A DNA stretch of 64,000 nucleotides from Nitrososphaerota archaeon (GCA_011605725.1 JAAOZP010000009.1:11228-75227), one strand, 5' to 3'; shown: positions 1 to 9,495, counted from the stretch's first letter. Notes: generated by a model from the sequence alone, not told the origin. Numbers and translations are program-made.

Positions 1-3000
1 GCTAGTTGCAAGGAGCTCAGCCTGCTCCTCTTCACAAACACGACTTTCTGGGTTAGGCTTCGTAAGGATGAAAGGCTTGTGGCCGAGCTCTTCATGCCGA
101 GGGTTCTAAGCCTCCCATTCCCGTTCTCCCTGCAGTGGTGGCGCGGCTTCGCCCTTGGCCTCATCAATAGGAGCCAGAGGATAATGGTGAACATTATGAT
201 GCTCAGCATGGTTGCGATGGTTCCGAGAGAACTGATGCCAGTCATAGCGGTTGCACTAGGTTTCATGAAGGCGTGCCAAGTCTACAACCAGAGGGGCGAG
301 ATCTTCAACGCAACCATGGCGTTGGGGAACCTGATGAGCATGGGACTCATATACCGCGGCATGGCTGACGGCTATAGGCTTCAGAATAAGAATGGTTTCG
401 CAGCCGTGTGCAACAACCTTTCTCAAACATTCCTGGAGAAAGCCAGGGAGGTTGCCAGCGACCTTGGCCTCAGGCTAATCTTGGATGTTTCCCTAGAGGA
501 CTTTAAGGTAGCCTTAGGGTTTAGGAGGGCGAGCGAGTTTGAGCAGGGTTATGCTGCGGGCAGAATCGTAGGCGCGATGGTTGAGGCAGCATCCTACGCA
601 GCCACCTACGCAACAATCTACCACGAGTTTTCAACAGCCAGGGACATGCTTAACGCAGCGGGGCAAGCCGGAGAATTCTCCGCGGCAGAAGTGTTGAAGA
701 GGTTTGGGCAGGGGCTCTACGCGTGGATAACCCCCGCGATATGGGACCTCGCCGAAACAGGGATAAAACTCGGAGTGTGGGTTAAGGGCAAACTCAGCCT
801 GCCTGATGTTTCAAAGCTCATCCTGGCAGACCGTTTCAGCAACGAATTCGGCGAGACTGTTGGAAAAGCATTCCGGAGCCTCCCGGACGGAGGGGAGCCT
901 GAGGATATTGCGAAAGGGGTTTCAAACATTGTCGACAAGGCTACTCTCGACAGTGATGTTCCTGAAAGCGTTGGGTCAAGAATACTTGACATCCTGAGCA
1001 GAATCAGCAGGGAGTATGTTGGTGAAAAAGACTGGGGGGAGAAGTCTTACCGGACCCTGAAAATCATGGTTGAAGCATGGAAGAGGGTTAGCGAGCTTGA
1101 AGCGTGGAAGAAAGGGGGTGAGCCTGGGAAGCTTCTGATGGACTGGATGGACGGTACTAGTAACGGGAAAGGTGGAGAGATGGTTACTGTTCTAAGGGGG
1201 CTGGCTCAGCTGGGTGACGGTGAGCTTGAAAGCGTAGGAAGAGCTTTAACCAGGGATGGAGACGATTCTGAGAATGGGCTTATGCTTTTCAAAACTTACC
1301 TCGGCGCTAGGGATGATTATGGCAGGGAGATTGCTGACGCCTTCTTAAACAGCATCTCTAAGCATCCTGAGCTGTTAAGCCTCTGGAGCGGAGCCGTGGA
1401 GGACAGGGCCGCAATATTCATCGGAGCATCCCATGAACAGGATAGGATATCTTTACCGGAGGGTATTCGCGAGAGTGTTTACCGTGTCATCATACAGGAT
1501 TCCGAAGGCGAGAACATCCTGATAGACGACTTCAGAAGGATCGGCAGCGGGCAGGAGACTATCCGCTTCTCCTCCGAGGATACTGCCGGCAGGATAAGGA
1601 AGGGCCAAGAATACCTGGTTATTCTTAAGACTGCAACCCCAGGGGACTTTCTCGAGAAATACCCGTCGAGGTTCGTTAAGGCTACTGGGGGAAACGCCTA
1701 CTTGATGGATACTGAGAAAAGCAGGGTCGTTGAAGGACTGGTTGGGGAGCTGGACGAGTATGGAGGCTTCGCCTTCATCAGGTTTATGGTTACAGATGCT
1801 GACGGAAAACAGGTTGAGCTCAGGCTAACCCAGGGAGGGAGGCTGATGCTGATCTCCGGCGAAGGGAGAACCATGATAGGCGGGGTTGAGTTGAAAACCG
1901 TTTGGGACGATGCCGGAGGCGAGGTGGCTAGGCTCCTGTTCCTGCAGGAGGAGGGCCTAGACAGGTACGGCGGGATAATTGTTCTAAACAGGAGGCTTCC
2001 CTTGAGACCCGTGTTGTTCCTGGGCAACGAGGAGCACATTATAGAGATAGAGCTAGGCCAGAAATACCTTGACGTAAGCGGGATGCTTAAGAGAATCATA
2101 GGCGGCGAAGAATATTCGAGGCTCAGCGGAGAAATGAGCAGCGGGGACGCGGTTCTTGGAGTAGCTTACCTTAAGCAGGATGGCGGAGTAGATTCAGCGT
2201 GGACCCGGAGCGCTGACGCGGAGTTCAAGATTAAGGAGGCGGAGGATGTGCTCGGCCTAATTATTGTAAGGAAGAACGGTCTTAGCGCGGTGAGCCTCGA
2301 CGAGAGTGTTAGAGCAGAGCTTTCCGGCGAATCCCTGAAGTTCCATGGTGTCAAGGGGATGAGCGGGGGCGCCGCATTCAGGGTGAGTGAAGCCCGCTTC
2401 AGGGAGCTCAGCGGGTATGGTCCGATTCTCGAGATTACTCTGCCGAGCGGCGAGGCTATTCTGTTCCGCGTTGACGTGGGTGGAGACGGTAAAACAGTAT
2501 ACTCGAAGCTAGCCTTAGCAGTGGAACGGTATGCGCCTGAGATAAACCCGGTTGAATACTACGGCGAGCTCAAGTTTAAACTGAGCGAGGGTGGCCAAAC
2601 TTTCGAGTATACTCTAAGGGACTTGATGGTCGTCGAGTATGAGGACAGCAGGGGCATTCATAGAAGCGTAGTTGGCTTAAGTGAGCCTCTTCCGGATAAA
2701 GTATTGAAGGAACCTCAGCATGTTGCTGCGAAGCTATTTACTAAGTCATTTTTGGAGAAGCAGGGATACAATATTTTAGAAGAAGAAAAACATCTTGAAT
2801 GGTGGGATGAGGATGTGTTCTTCGATTTCCACGTGGAAACACCCGATATGAAAATAGCGATAGTTGAATGCAAGCATGGTGACGAAACTGTTAGTAAGAT
2901 AAAGCAGGCGGATAAGTATTTTGAAATTGCTAGGGGAAAAGGCTGGAAACTGATTTACAGCTTCCTGCATGCTCCCCAGACCCCTCAGGCCGAGGAATTG

Positions 3001-3081
3001 CTTAATCACTTGGTCGAGCTTATGAGGCAGTACCCAGACACAGTAGAGGTTTTTATAAGTGGAGAGAAATATGGAGGGTAG
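1..3081 (+). CDS. Large hypothetical protein (>1000 aa, 5'-partial). No recognisable domains except a C-terminal PD-(D/E)xK restriction-endonuclease-like motif. No Walker A motif.
   Basis: The ORF is open from nt 1 in frame with the listed 79..3081 ORF, so the gene probably begins upstream of the window. C-terminal segment VFFDFHVETPDMKIAIVECKHG shows a hydrophobic-D ... hydrophobic-ExK pattern with about 15 aa spacing, typical of the PD-(D/E)xK nuclease fold. GGDGKT is not a canonical P-loop. Confidence 0.6.
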   Translation, partial: ASCKELSLLLFTNTTFWVRLRKDERLVAELFMPRVLSLPFPFSLQWWRGFALGLINRSQRIMVNIMMLSMVAMVPRELMPVIAVALGFMKACQVYNQRGEIFNATMALGNLMSMGLIYRGMADGYRLQNKNGFAAVCNNLSQTFLEKAREVASDLGLRLILDVSLEDFKVALGFRRASEFEQGYAAGRIVGAMVEAASYAATYATIYHEFSTARDMLNAAGQAGEFSAAEVLKRFGQGLYAWITPAIWDLAETGIKLGVWVKGKLSLPDVSKLILADRFSNEFGETVGKAFRSLPDGGEPEDIAKGVSNIVDKATLDSDVPESVGSRILDILSRISREYVGEKDWGEKSYRTLKIMVEAWKRVSELEAWKKGGEPGKLLMDWMDGTSNGKGGEMVTVLRGLAQLGDGELESVGRALTRDGDDSENGLMLFKTYLGARDDYGREIADAFLNSISKHPELLSLWSGAVEDRAAIFIGASHEQDRISLPEGIRESVYRVIIQDSEGENILIDDFRRIGSGQETIRFSSEDTAGRIRKGQEYLVILKTATPGDFLEKYPSRFVKATGGNAYLMDTEKSRVVEGLVGELDEYGGFAFIRFMVTDADGKQVELRLTQGGRLMLISGEGRTMIGGVELKTVWDDAGGEVARLLFLQEEGLDRYGGIIVLNRRLPLRPVLFLGNEEHIIEIELGQKYLDVSGMLKRIIGGEEYSRLSGEMSSGDAVLGVAYLKQDGGVDSAWTRSADAEFKIKEAEDVLGLIIVRKNGLSAVSLDESVRAELSGESLKFHGVKGMSGGAAFRVSEARFRELSGYGPILEITLPSGEAILFRVDVGGDGKTVYSKLALAVERYAPEINPVEYYGELKFKLSEGGQTFEYTLRDLMVVEYEDSRGIHRSVVGLSEPLPDKVLKEPQHVAAKLFTKSFLEKQGYNILEEEKHLEWWDEDVFFDFHVETPDMKIAIVECKHGDETVSKIKQADKYFEIARGKGWKLIYSFLHAPQTPQAEELLNHLVELMRQYPDTVEVFISGEKYGG

Positions 3082-3087
3082 AGAAGA

Positions 3088-3675
3088 ATGACGGAGTATT
3101 GGATAGTGGTCAAGCCTGCGCCTAAAACTCCAAGAAAGATAAGGGAGAGGTTGAAACACATATCGATGTCAGCGGTAGGATCTTGGCGCATGAAAAGTAA
3201 GGGATTGAAGTATATTCCTGCTATCATCGATTCCGCTTACGCTTGGGGGGAGAAGGAGGTTGAGGAGGCTAAGAAGGACCCGGTCGTCTCCTACCTAATG
3301 GGTAAGGTGGAGGTCATGATTAAGAAGTGCCGAGACAACATAAGAGCCAACCCCAAAACGCTTGGGCCAGATTTCAAGATTTTCTGGCCCGTGGAAGTTC
3401 TAGACCTTGAGGAGGTTAGGAAAGAACTGGAGATACTATTAACGAGAGAACTGTTTTCAAAGGATAATCCTGAAGATAGACGGATAGCGGAGGAAGATAT
3501 TAAAAGAACTGATCTGGCTATTGGGGAGGAAGGGATGAAGTCTGAACAACGTATCGACTCTCGCATCGATTTCTTTAATAGGAATATGAGGAAATGGGGT
3601 GAGTTCTTTAAGGAGGTTTATGAGGTCTATAAGCAGTATAATGTTAAAATGTGGCTTCACATAGAGGGAGTGTAA
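3088..3675 (+). CDS. Hypothetical 195-aa protein, translationally coupled to the upstream large gene
   Basis: ATG lies 7 nt after the upstream stop, with a GGAG-like motif just upstream. Visibly AT-richer than gene 1. No recognisable motifs. Confidence 0.5.
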   Translation: MTEYWIVVKPAPKTPRKIRERLKHISMSAVGSWRMKSKGLKYIPAIIDSAYAWGEKEVEEAKKDPVVSYLMGKVEVMIKKCRDNIRANPKTLGPDFKIFWPVEVLDLEEVRKELEILLTRELFSKDNPEDRRIAEEDIKRTDLAIGEEGMKSEQRIDSRIDFFNRNMRKWGEFFKEVYEVYKQYNVKMWLHIEGV

Positions 3676-3690
3676 GCGCGCGCTGAAATC

Positions 3691-3712
3691 CATTATCTTT
3701 CTTTTCCTTTAA
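3691..3712 (+). terminator. T-rich tract after the 195-aa gene, archaeal oligo-T terminator-like
   Basis: The sequence atctttcttttcctttaacc begins 16 nt after the stop codon. Confidence 0.3.
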
Positions 3713-3742
3713 CCTTAATAAAATGCTAGATGTGTCCCATCC

Positions 3743-4379
3743 TTAGATTAATAATAAGAAAATTGGTACTGGTACTTTAAGATAGCTTCTCTTTACTTCA
3801 AGCGAGTCTTTAGTCAGTAATAAGCCTTTAGAAGATTTACCTCCTTTTTGAAAATCTATAATACTGAAACCATTTTCACTGCTAACCTTTGACTGATATT
3901 TAACCTCTATTGGTGAGTAATGGTCACCCATCTTAAGAACAGAATCGAGTTCACGTTTTCTTTGACTTCGCCAATAGAATAACAAAACAGTATAGTCGAA
4001 TTGTGTAGATGGGTAATAGCTGAAAAGTAATCTAATTAGGTGATTAGCTATAACCGATTCTGTTATTTTTCCGGGTTCTTCTTGCTTCTTCAGATATTGT
4101 AGGGTTTCATCATACGGTTCTCTGCCTAGAGCCCATGATCGTAAAGCATGAAAAATAAACGGGTCTTCAAAGTGAAACTTTTTTCTTTCTAAATGCAGGA
4201 ACATCTCTATTTCGATCTAACTCATAGATCATACTAATAGCGAAGCTGTTTCTAAGAAAATCCACATAAGACAATACAGTGTGATGCAATCCTATTTCAG
4301 TTCCTTCACCTAAGGTATTAAAGCCAACGGGTGATGTTAAAGTTTCATCTAGCCTCTTGACGATCTGCCGTATAAACAT
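3743..4379 (-). pseudogene. N-terminally truncated and frameshifted remnant of an AAA-ATPase/DUF4143 family gene (C-terminal DUF4143 part only)
   Basis: Two overlapping minus-strand ORFs in different frames (4167..4379 and 3743..4204). The C-terminal piece has LLFYWRS...GDHYSPIEVKYQSK, matching the DUF4143 restriction-endonuclease-like signature. No P-loop domain is present. The region is AT-rich. Confidence 0.55.
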
Positions 4380-4432
4380 CTCATTACCTTGCCATTTCTG
4401 AATGTCTTTAAATAATTATTCTAAATATGTTT

Positions 4433-5164
4433 TTATCCAGATACTCTTCTAGCCTTCTTCCTACCAGTCTTCCTCGGAGCGATCAAGCCAACCTTAGCAC
4501 CAGGCGGAGCATTACGACTAACAGACGAAGGACCCCCCACATGCTGATGCCTTCCCCCGCCGAATTTGTGATACACACTTATCATTGCTACTCCTCTTAC
4601 TATTGGGTAGTGTCTTCCTTTGCTTTTCATGAGTTTGCGTTTTGTTCCCGCTTTGAGGAATGGTTTTTCTGTTCTTCCTCCTCCTGCTATTACTCCGATT
4701 GTTCCGAGGGAGTTTGCGTCTACGATGAATGTTCTTGCTTTAGGGTCTTGTAGTATGGCTGTTCCGTTTGTTTTTCCGATTAAGACTGCGTAGTTGCCTG
4801 AGGCTCTGAAGAGTGCTCCGCCGTCTGAGGGTTTTCGTTCAATGTTTGAAAGCATTATTCCTTCTGGCGCTTCGCTGAGCGGGATTATGTTTCCTACTGC
4901 TAGTGGGCTTCCTGGTCCTATTGATATTCTTTGGCCGACGTACATTGATTCTACTGCAACCGTGTAGAAGGTTTTTCCGTTGTCGAGCCTGATTTCTGCT
5001 AGGGGTGCTCCTCTTCCCGGGTCGTGGTGTAGTGCGACAAGGGTTCCTTCGAGTCTTTCTCCTTTTGCTAGTGTTGGGTATTTGGCTGGTGCGACTCTTC
5101 TGTGGGTTGGGGCCATGAAGTTTGGTGATGCGCCGCGCCTCCTTACTATTGGCCTCTTGCCCAT
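4433..5164 (-). CDS. rpl2: 50S ribosomal protein L2 (uL2)
   Basis: N-terminus MGKRPIVRRRG and the conserved core GRNAPPGAKVGLIAPRKTG. Last gene of the L3 operon. Confidence 0.9.
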   Translation of the reverse strand: MGKRPIVRRRGASPNFMAPTHRRVAPAKYPTLAKGERLEGTLVALHHDPGRGAPLAEIRLDNGKTFYTVAVESMYVGQRISIGPGSPLAVGNIIPLSEAPEGIMLSNIERKPSDGGALFRASGNYAVLIGKTNGTAILQDPKARTFIVDANSLGTIGVIAGGGRTEKPFLKAGTKRKLMKSKGRHYPIVRGVAMISVYHKFGGGRHQHVGGPSSVSRNAPPGAKVGLIAPRKTGRKKARRVSG

Positions 5165-5180
5165 TTAGCCATCATCCTCC

Positions 5181-5441
5181 TTAAACTATTTTAAGCTTGC
5201 TTGCAAGGTCCATTGCGCTGTATTCTTTAGCTAGTTTGACCACGGCTTTCTTCTCTCCAGATATGCTTCTTATGATGTTGACTTTTTCAACCTTAACGTT
5301 GAAAGTCTTCTCAACAGCCTCTTTAACACTGTTTTTATCCGCTTTGGGGTCAACTATGAATATCAGCTTGTTCTCCTTCTCGATGAGTCTGAAGGATTTT
5401 TCCGTTGAAACCGGCCTGATTATGACGCTATTTTGAGACAT
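5181..5441 (-). CDS. rpl23: 50S ribosomal protein L23 (uL23)
   Basis: 86 aa, uL23-like sequence, positioned between L4 and L2. Confidence 0.85.
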   Translation of the reverse strand: MSQNSVIIRPVSTEKSFRLIEKENKLIFIVDPKADKNSVKEAVEKTFNVKVEKVNIIRSISGEKKAVVKLAKEYSAMDLASKLKIV

Positions 5442-6228
5442 ATTTTCTCACCTTTTCAACAATGTTTTCAAGGGCTGGGAGTGTCCATATTGTTAGTCTC
5501 CCCGGGGCTCCTCCGGGTGCGAGATCCATTACTGAAAGCTTCTCCGGTGTTCTGACGTCTACCCCGGGTATTCCTGAGGCTGCTTTAACAACGCTGGCCT
5601 TATTGTTTGAAACTATTATCAAGGGGCCGATTCTCCTTCTTAACCTCCTCCCCCTCCACTTTGATTTCCCACATCTAACTCTCGGCCTGCCGTAGATTCT
5701 TTCAAGCTCCTGCTCTAAACCTATTTTCTCAAGGAGCTTAAGTAGTTCACGTGTCTTAGAAATGTTTTCAAACTCTTTCGTGAAGACTATTGGGATGCTT
5801 GCTGAGCCAGGTCTGTGGCCTCTTTTCTCAACAACCTCCTTCTTGAAGACTGCTGATAATGCTGAAACAAAGGCCTTCCTATACTCCTTCCTGTTTATCT
5901 CCTTCCTTATCTTCTTCTCGACGCGCGGCGGATGTGTAACCCTGCCTTTAACAGTCATCGGGGCGAACCTGGCGACTCCTCTCTCGGTCCTGGGTACTCT
6001 AGCTATGCCGTAGCCGACTCCCCAGCTTTCAGCAGTGGTTCTCTTACCTGCCATCGGGTCCCTGCCCTGCGGCTGGAGCCTCCTAGACTGCTGGGCTAGG
6101 AAGGCTCTCCTTATCAAAAAATCCTCTACTTCAAACATTGTTATGAATGATGGGAGTGATGCTTCCCCGTCTTCCTCGCCGTCAGCCTTGAGAACCCTTA
6201 TCTTCACTTCCTCCTGCATGCTCATCAT
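5428..6228 (-). CDS. rpl4: 50S ribosomal protein L4 (uL4/L1e)
   Basis: L4 signature GKRTTAESWGVGYGIARVPRT, with operon context. Confidence 0.9.
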   Translation of the reverse strand: MMSMQEEVKIRVLKADGEEDGEASLPSFITMFEVEDFLIRRAFLAQQSRRLQPQGRDPMAGKRTTAESWGVGYGIARVPRTERGVARFAPMTVKGRVTHPPRVEKKIRKEINRKEYRKAFVSALSAVFKKEVVEKRGHRPGSASIPIVFTKEFENISKTRELLKLLEKIGLEQELERIYGRPRVRCGKSKWRGRRLRRRIGPLIIVSNNKASVVKAASGIPGVDVRTPEKLSVMDLAPGGAPGRLTIWTLPALENIVEKVRKYVSK

Positions 6229-7235
6229 ACTGCTACAGGCCTCCTTATGTTGACGTATGTTAAGACAGGTGGCTGCTTAGGCTTAACGTCATGCTTTCTC
6301 GCTGAAACCCTTATTTTAACAAGCCTCTTGGGGGTGCCTGGGACACTGCCGTTTAAGATGACTGCTTGACTCTTTATCACACCATACTTGTGGAACCCTC
6401 CGGCAGGATTAATCTCGCCAGGGTTTTCAACAATCTTTAGAACCTGCAGGTTTCTAACCATTCTCTGCATGTATCCCGTTTGACCAGGCCTTGGCACAGT
6501 GTACATTACTCCAGCGGGTTTCCACGGTCCCAGTGTAGCTATGCCTCTTCTCGTCTTGTTACTCTTCCTGTCGAGAATCTTAACCCGAAACCTTTTCACA
6601 ACACCCTGAAAACCCTTCCCCTTGGTTACTGCGAAAACATCCACGTAAGCCCCCTCCTCCAGAACATTCTTCGCGTAAACCTCTCTGCCGAGTAGGGACA
6701 TGGCGTAGCTGATCCTCTCACTCATGCTTCCGCCTCCGACACCTATTTCGAAAACCTCAGGCGTCTTCTTCCCTAAGCCGGCGAGATGTGGCTGCGTCGC
6801 CACTATGACCCTGACCTCTCTTGTCTTCTCAGCAATACCTTCTGGAGCACGTGGCTCCGCCGCCTCCTCACTTTTGCCCAGCGTGTTTATCCTCCTCTTA
6901 AGGTTCTCAGGAAGGTTTTTAGCCCATCCTTCCCAAATAACTCTTAAACCCTGTGGACTGTTGCCGTAGAGCCTTACTCCAACGATGCTTAACGGCGGTG
7001 TTTCAATAATCGTGATCGGGGTGAAAACCTCCTTCCCCTTGAAAGGAGAGGACTCGGAGGTGTCTATCGTGAAGCCGTGCGTCATACCTACTCGGTAGCC
7101 GGCGAAGCCTAGAAGCCTTGTTTCACCGTCAACCTCCGGCCAGAACCTTATCCGGGGGGTTAGCCTTTTAAACCGTGCTCTAGGACGGAACGCGAGCGAA
7201 CCGTGTCTCGGAGCACTTTGCTTCCTATGACCCAT
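6225..7235 (-). CDS. rpl3: 50S ribosomal protein L3 (uL3)
   Basis: N-terminus MGHRKQSAPRHGSLAFRPRARF. 336 aa. First gene of the operon. Confidence 0.9.
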   Translation of the reverse strand: MGHRKQSAPRHGSLAFRPRARFKRLTPRIRFWPEVDGETRLLGFAGYRVGMTHGFTIDTSESSPFKGKEVFTPITIIETPPLSIVGVRLYGNSPQGLRVIWEGWAKNLPENLKRRINTLGKSEEAAEPRAPEGIAEKTREVRVIVATQPHLAGLGKKTPEVFEIGVGGGSMSERISYAMSLLGREVYAKNVLEEGAYVDVFAVTKGKGFQGVVKRFRVKILDRKSNKTRRGIATLGPWKPAGVMYTVPRPGQTGYMQRMVRNLQVLKIVENPGEINPAGGFHKYGVIKSQAVILNGSVPGTPKRLVKIRVSARKHDVKPKQPPVLTYVNIRRPVAV

Positions 7236-7350
7236 CTCGGTAATCCCCTTTTAATCAGCGTGGTTGTCAAAGGAATGAGCGACCCGTTTTAACCTTTTCC
7301 CTTTGCAGAATGAAACCTGTTGGAGGCTTTTTCCCATTGTAAACCCGTGT

Positions 7351-8226
7351 CTACCAGTATCCTCTTGCTAAAGAAGTAACCAGCGGGAGAGTTATGTAGA
7401 CGGCTTCCTCAGTACGCACTGTTTCAACACCCTGCTCCCCCACGGTGTTTACGATTATGTTGAAAACATCCTCAGCCCTCAACCCTTCCCTAGCCAGTAT
7501 CTCCCTGAGACCCATTGAAGGCGAGCCGAATGCAACCATTATCCTCCTTCCCCCGGAGAAAAGCCTCCTAAGCTCACCTATCCTCCTCCAAACAGGCTCG
7601 CCATACTTTGAAGTCCCTATTTTAACAGCGTCAAGGCTCTTCAGGAGTTCTCCAAGCGTCTTCCTGGGTGTTGAAACCCGGTAGCCCAGGTAGAACGGTG
7701 ACTCCCCTGGGCTGACTATGCTGGCGGAGAGCCCCAAAGGGTTTTCAACCCTAGCTAGGACAACGCTGCCAACTCTGGCTTCAAGCGGCGGCTGGGGGAC
7801 TGGTGCCGTCAGGGTCTTCTCAAGCCCGGCTTCGAGAACAAGCCTGCCGCGCTCAGCCCTAACCACGGCGGCAAGCCTGAAGCTCCCGGGCTTAACATGC
7901 TTAAGGGAAGCGGGCACAGTGTGCGAGGGTATTTTCAAAGGGGGGAGGAGGCCGGCGAACCTAAGCTCCTCCTGCTTCTTGAAGACGAGTCTCCTCAAGT
8001 ACTGGGGGATAACCATGTAGTGGAGGAGCTTTGAGAAAACCCTTTGGTTGCGGAGCGACTCGGAATCATGATCGTCAAGATAGATAATGATCTCGTCGAC
8101 CATGAATATTGCTGCAGCCCTTCCAACGAGCCCGGCTCTGAATGTTTTAATCCTCAGATCCTCTGAAACGCCTATGACGGATGCTGGAAGCAGTATTGAA
8201 ACCTGCAATCCTCCTCTATGAGGCAT
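7351..8226 (-). CDS. SPOUT-superfamily RNA methyltransferase-like protein (COG2106/DUF171 family)
   Basis: N-terminal LPASVIGVSEDLRIKTFRAGLVGRAAAIFMVDEIIIY matches the DUF171 family pattern. The family is often found upstream of rpl3 in archaea. Confidence 0.6.
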   Translation of the reverse strand: MPHRGGLQVSILLPASVIGVSEDLRIKTFRAGLVGRAAAIFMVDEIIIYLDDHDSESLRNQRVFSKLLHYMVIPQYLRRLVFKKQEELRFAGLLPPLKIPSHTVPASLKHVKPGSFRLAAVVRAERGRLVLEAGLEKTLTAPVPQPPLEARVGSVVLARVENPLGLSASIVSPGESPFYLGYRVSTPRKTLGELLKSLDAVKIGTSKYGEPVWRRIGELRRLFSGGRRIMVAFGSPSMGLREILAREGLRAEDVFNIIVNTVGEQGVETVRTEEAVYITLPLVTSLARGYW

Positions 8227-8258
8227 GCTGCCCCGGTCCTATTATGAGTTTCTGAAGA

Positions 8259-8660
8259 CTACTCGAGCTCAGACATTCTCTCTGAAAGGATTTCTGAAAG
8301 AGGCTTCCTCTCCCTCCCGTCTGCAACCATTATTCGCGACTCGTACCTAACGGGGATCCCCAGGTATCTTAGAAACCTGTAGAGGTCCCCGGCGTCAACA
8401 GCCCCGTCCACATAGCCCTTCTTAACAAGCGCGTAGAGCAGGAGCTTCGCCCTCTTGGTTTCCTCAGGGAAATCATGCTCCGCGAGGGACAGTATCTCCC
8501 TACCCTTATCATCCAGGAGGCTTAAAACTGTTTTATCCACGTCGTCAAACGTTCTCTGAGGAGTAGTCTCCCTGCTTTTCTCACTGCTCTTAGCAAGCCT
8601 GTTCATCAAGCGTTTCCTCTTCTCCTCCAGGATGCGCTCCAGCTCCTTGTCTTCAGACAA
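8259..8660 (-). CDS. Hypothetical protein. The N-terminal 25 aa resemble the PDCD5-like DNA-binding protein at 32494..32805.
   Basis: MSEDKELERILEEKRKRL aligns with MSEDEEIARILEQRRRQM of the PDCD5 homolog. The remainder is unrelated. Confidence 0.45.
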   Translation of the reverse strand: MSEDKELERILEEKRKRLMNRLAKSSEKSRETTPQRTFDDVDKTVLSLLDDKGREILSLAEHDFPEETKRAKLLLYALVKKGYVDGAVDAGDLYRFLRYLGIPVRYESRIMVADGRERKPLSEILSERMSELE

Positions 8661-8760
8661 TAATCACCACGTTGAAGAAACGGTTTTAAAACAGCTTTTA
8701 AACGTTACCCGGGTGAAAAAAGCTTATCTAATTTAAACTAGGAGGGAAATAATGCTGTCC

Positions 8761-8844
8761 GCCGGGGTGGCAGAGTGGTAATGCGCTGGCCTTGAGAGCC
8801 AGTGGCCCATGCGGGCCGCAGGGGTTCAAATCCCTTCCCCGGCG
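8761..8844 (+). tRNA. tRNA-Ser (anticodon UGA), type II with long variable arm
   Basis: Hand-folded cloverleaf. Acceptor GCCGGGG/CCCCGGC, 3-bp D stem, anticodon stem CTGGC/GCCAG with loop CTTGAGA. Variable arm GGCCCATGCGGGCC, T arm GGGGTTCAAATCCC, discriminator G. CCA is not encoded. Confidence 0.8.
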
Positions 8845-9005
8845 CTTTCCAGCCGAAACATCCTCTCCAGTATGCGTGACGCTGCATCGCGAGTAAACGC
8901 TTAAAACGCGTATTTTCGCGGCATTTTCGTGAAAATCGTTAAGCTCATTATGCGCGCTCAAGCACTTGTCGTCGAAGCATCAGAGCAGGGCTTTAACGGA
9001 TCCGT

Positions 9006-9485
9006 TTAAAGGTGGAAGACTACCCCTCCGTTTTCAGCGGATCGCCTAGCAAGGATTAGCGTCTTGACTATCTCCAGCGTCTCCTCAGGCGGGAACGGGG
9101 GCTGCATGGTTTCAACCATTCTCAGGAATGCGCGAAGCATGTTAGAGCAGAAGTAGTCGCTGTCTTCAACCCTAACCTCCCTCCACCCCCTTGTCCCGTA
9201 GAGGCTCATATGGAAGAGGTAGTGGATATTCCTGTAGACTGTCAGCACGAATCTCCTCCCGTCTCTCATCGTTACGACCACGATGTCCCTCCCTTCTTCG
9301 CCAACATTACGCACGCTTTCCACGCCTCCTCCCACGCAGACGTAAAGCTGCTCCAAGGCGTGGACACCGTAGAAAACAAGGTCCCCGCTGCAGACGCTGC
9401 TGCCAGTAAGTATTTCCCCAAGGCTTTCTTTTTCAGCGAGAAATTCCTCAACCTCCCTAGCGTAGCGGAGGGCGGAGCAAGACAT
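9006..9485 (-). CDS. Hypothetical protein, possibly part of a decayed region
   Basis: 159-aa ORF with no recognisable motifs. Lies in a zone of overlapping ORFs on both strands. Confidence 0.3.
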   Translation of the reverse strand: MSCSALRYAREVEEFLAEKESLGEILTGSSVCSGDLVFYGVHALEQLYVCVGGGVESVRNVGEEGRDIVVVTMRDGRRFVLTVYRNIHYLFHMSLYGTRGWREVRVEDSDYFCSNMLRAFLRMVETMQPPFPPEETLEIVKTLILARRSAENGGVVFHL

Positions 9486-9495
9486 GAAGGGAGCA

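Noticed and set aside
717-2354. Minus-strand ORFs (717..992, 1698..2099, 2166..2354) and the small plus-strand ORF 806..997 inside the 1000-aa gene
   Set aside because: They are fully embedded in a much longer, coherent ORF and have low-complexity Ser/Pro/Leu-rich translations typical of alternative-frame artefacts in GC-rich coding DNA.
2430-2520. Possible Walker A-like GGDGKT in the large protein
   Set aside because: The spacing is Gx2GKT, not Gx4GK[ST], and there is no Walker B or other NTPase context. It was not used to call an ATPase.
8728-8961. 77-aa minus-strand ORF
   Set aside because: It overlaps tRNA-Ser(UGA) on the opposite strand and is a read-through of structured RNA sequence.
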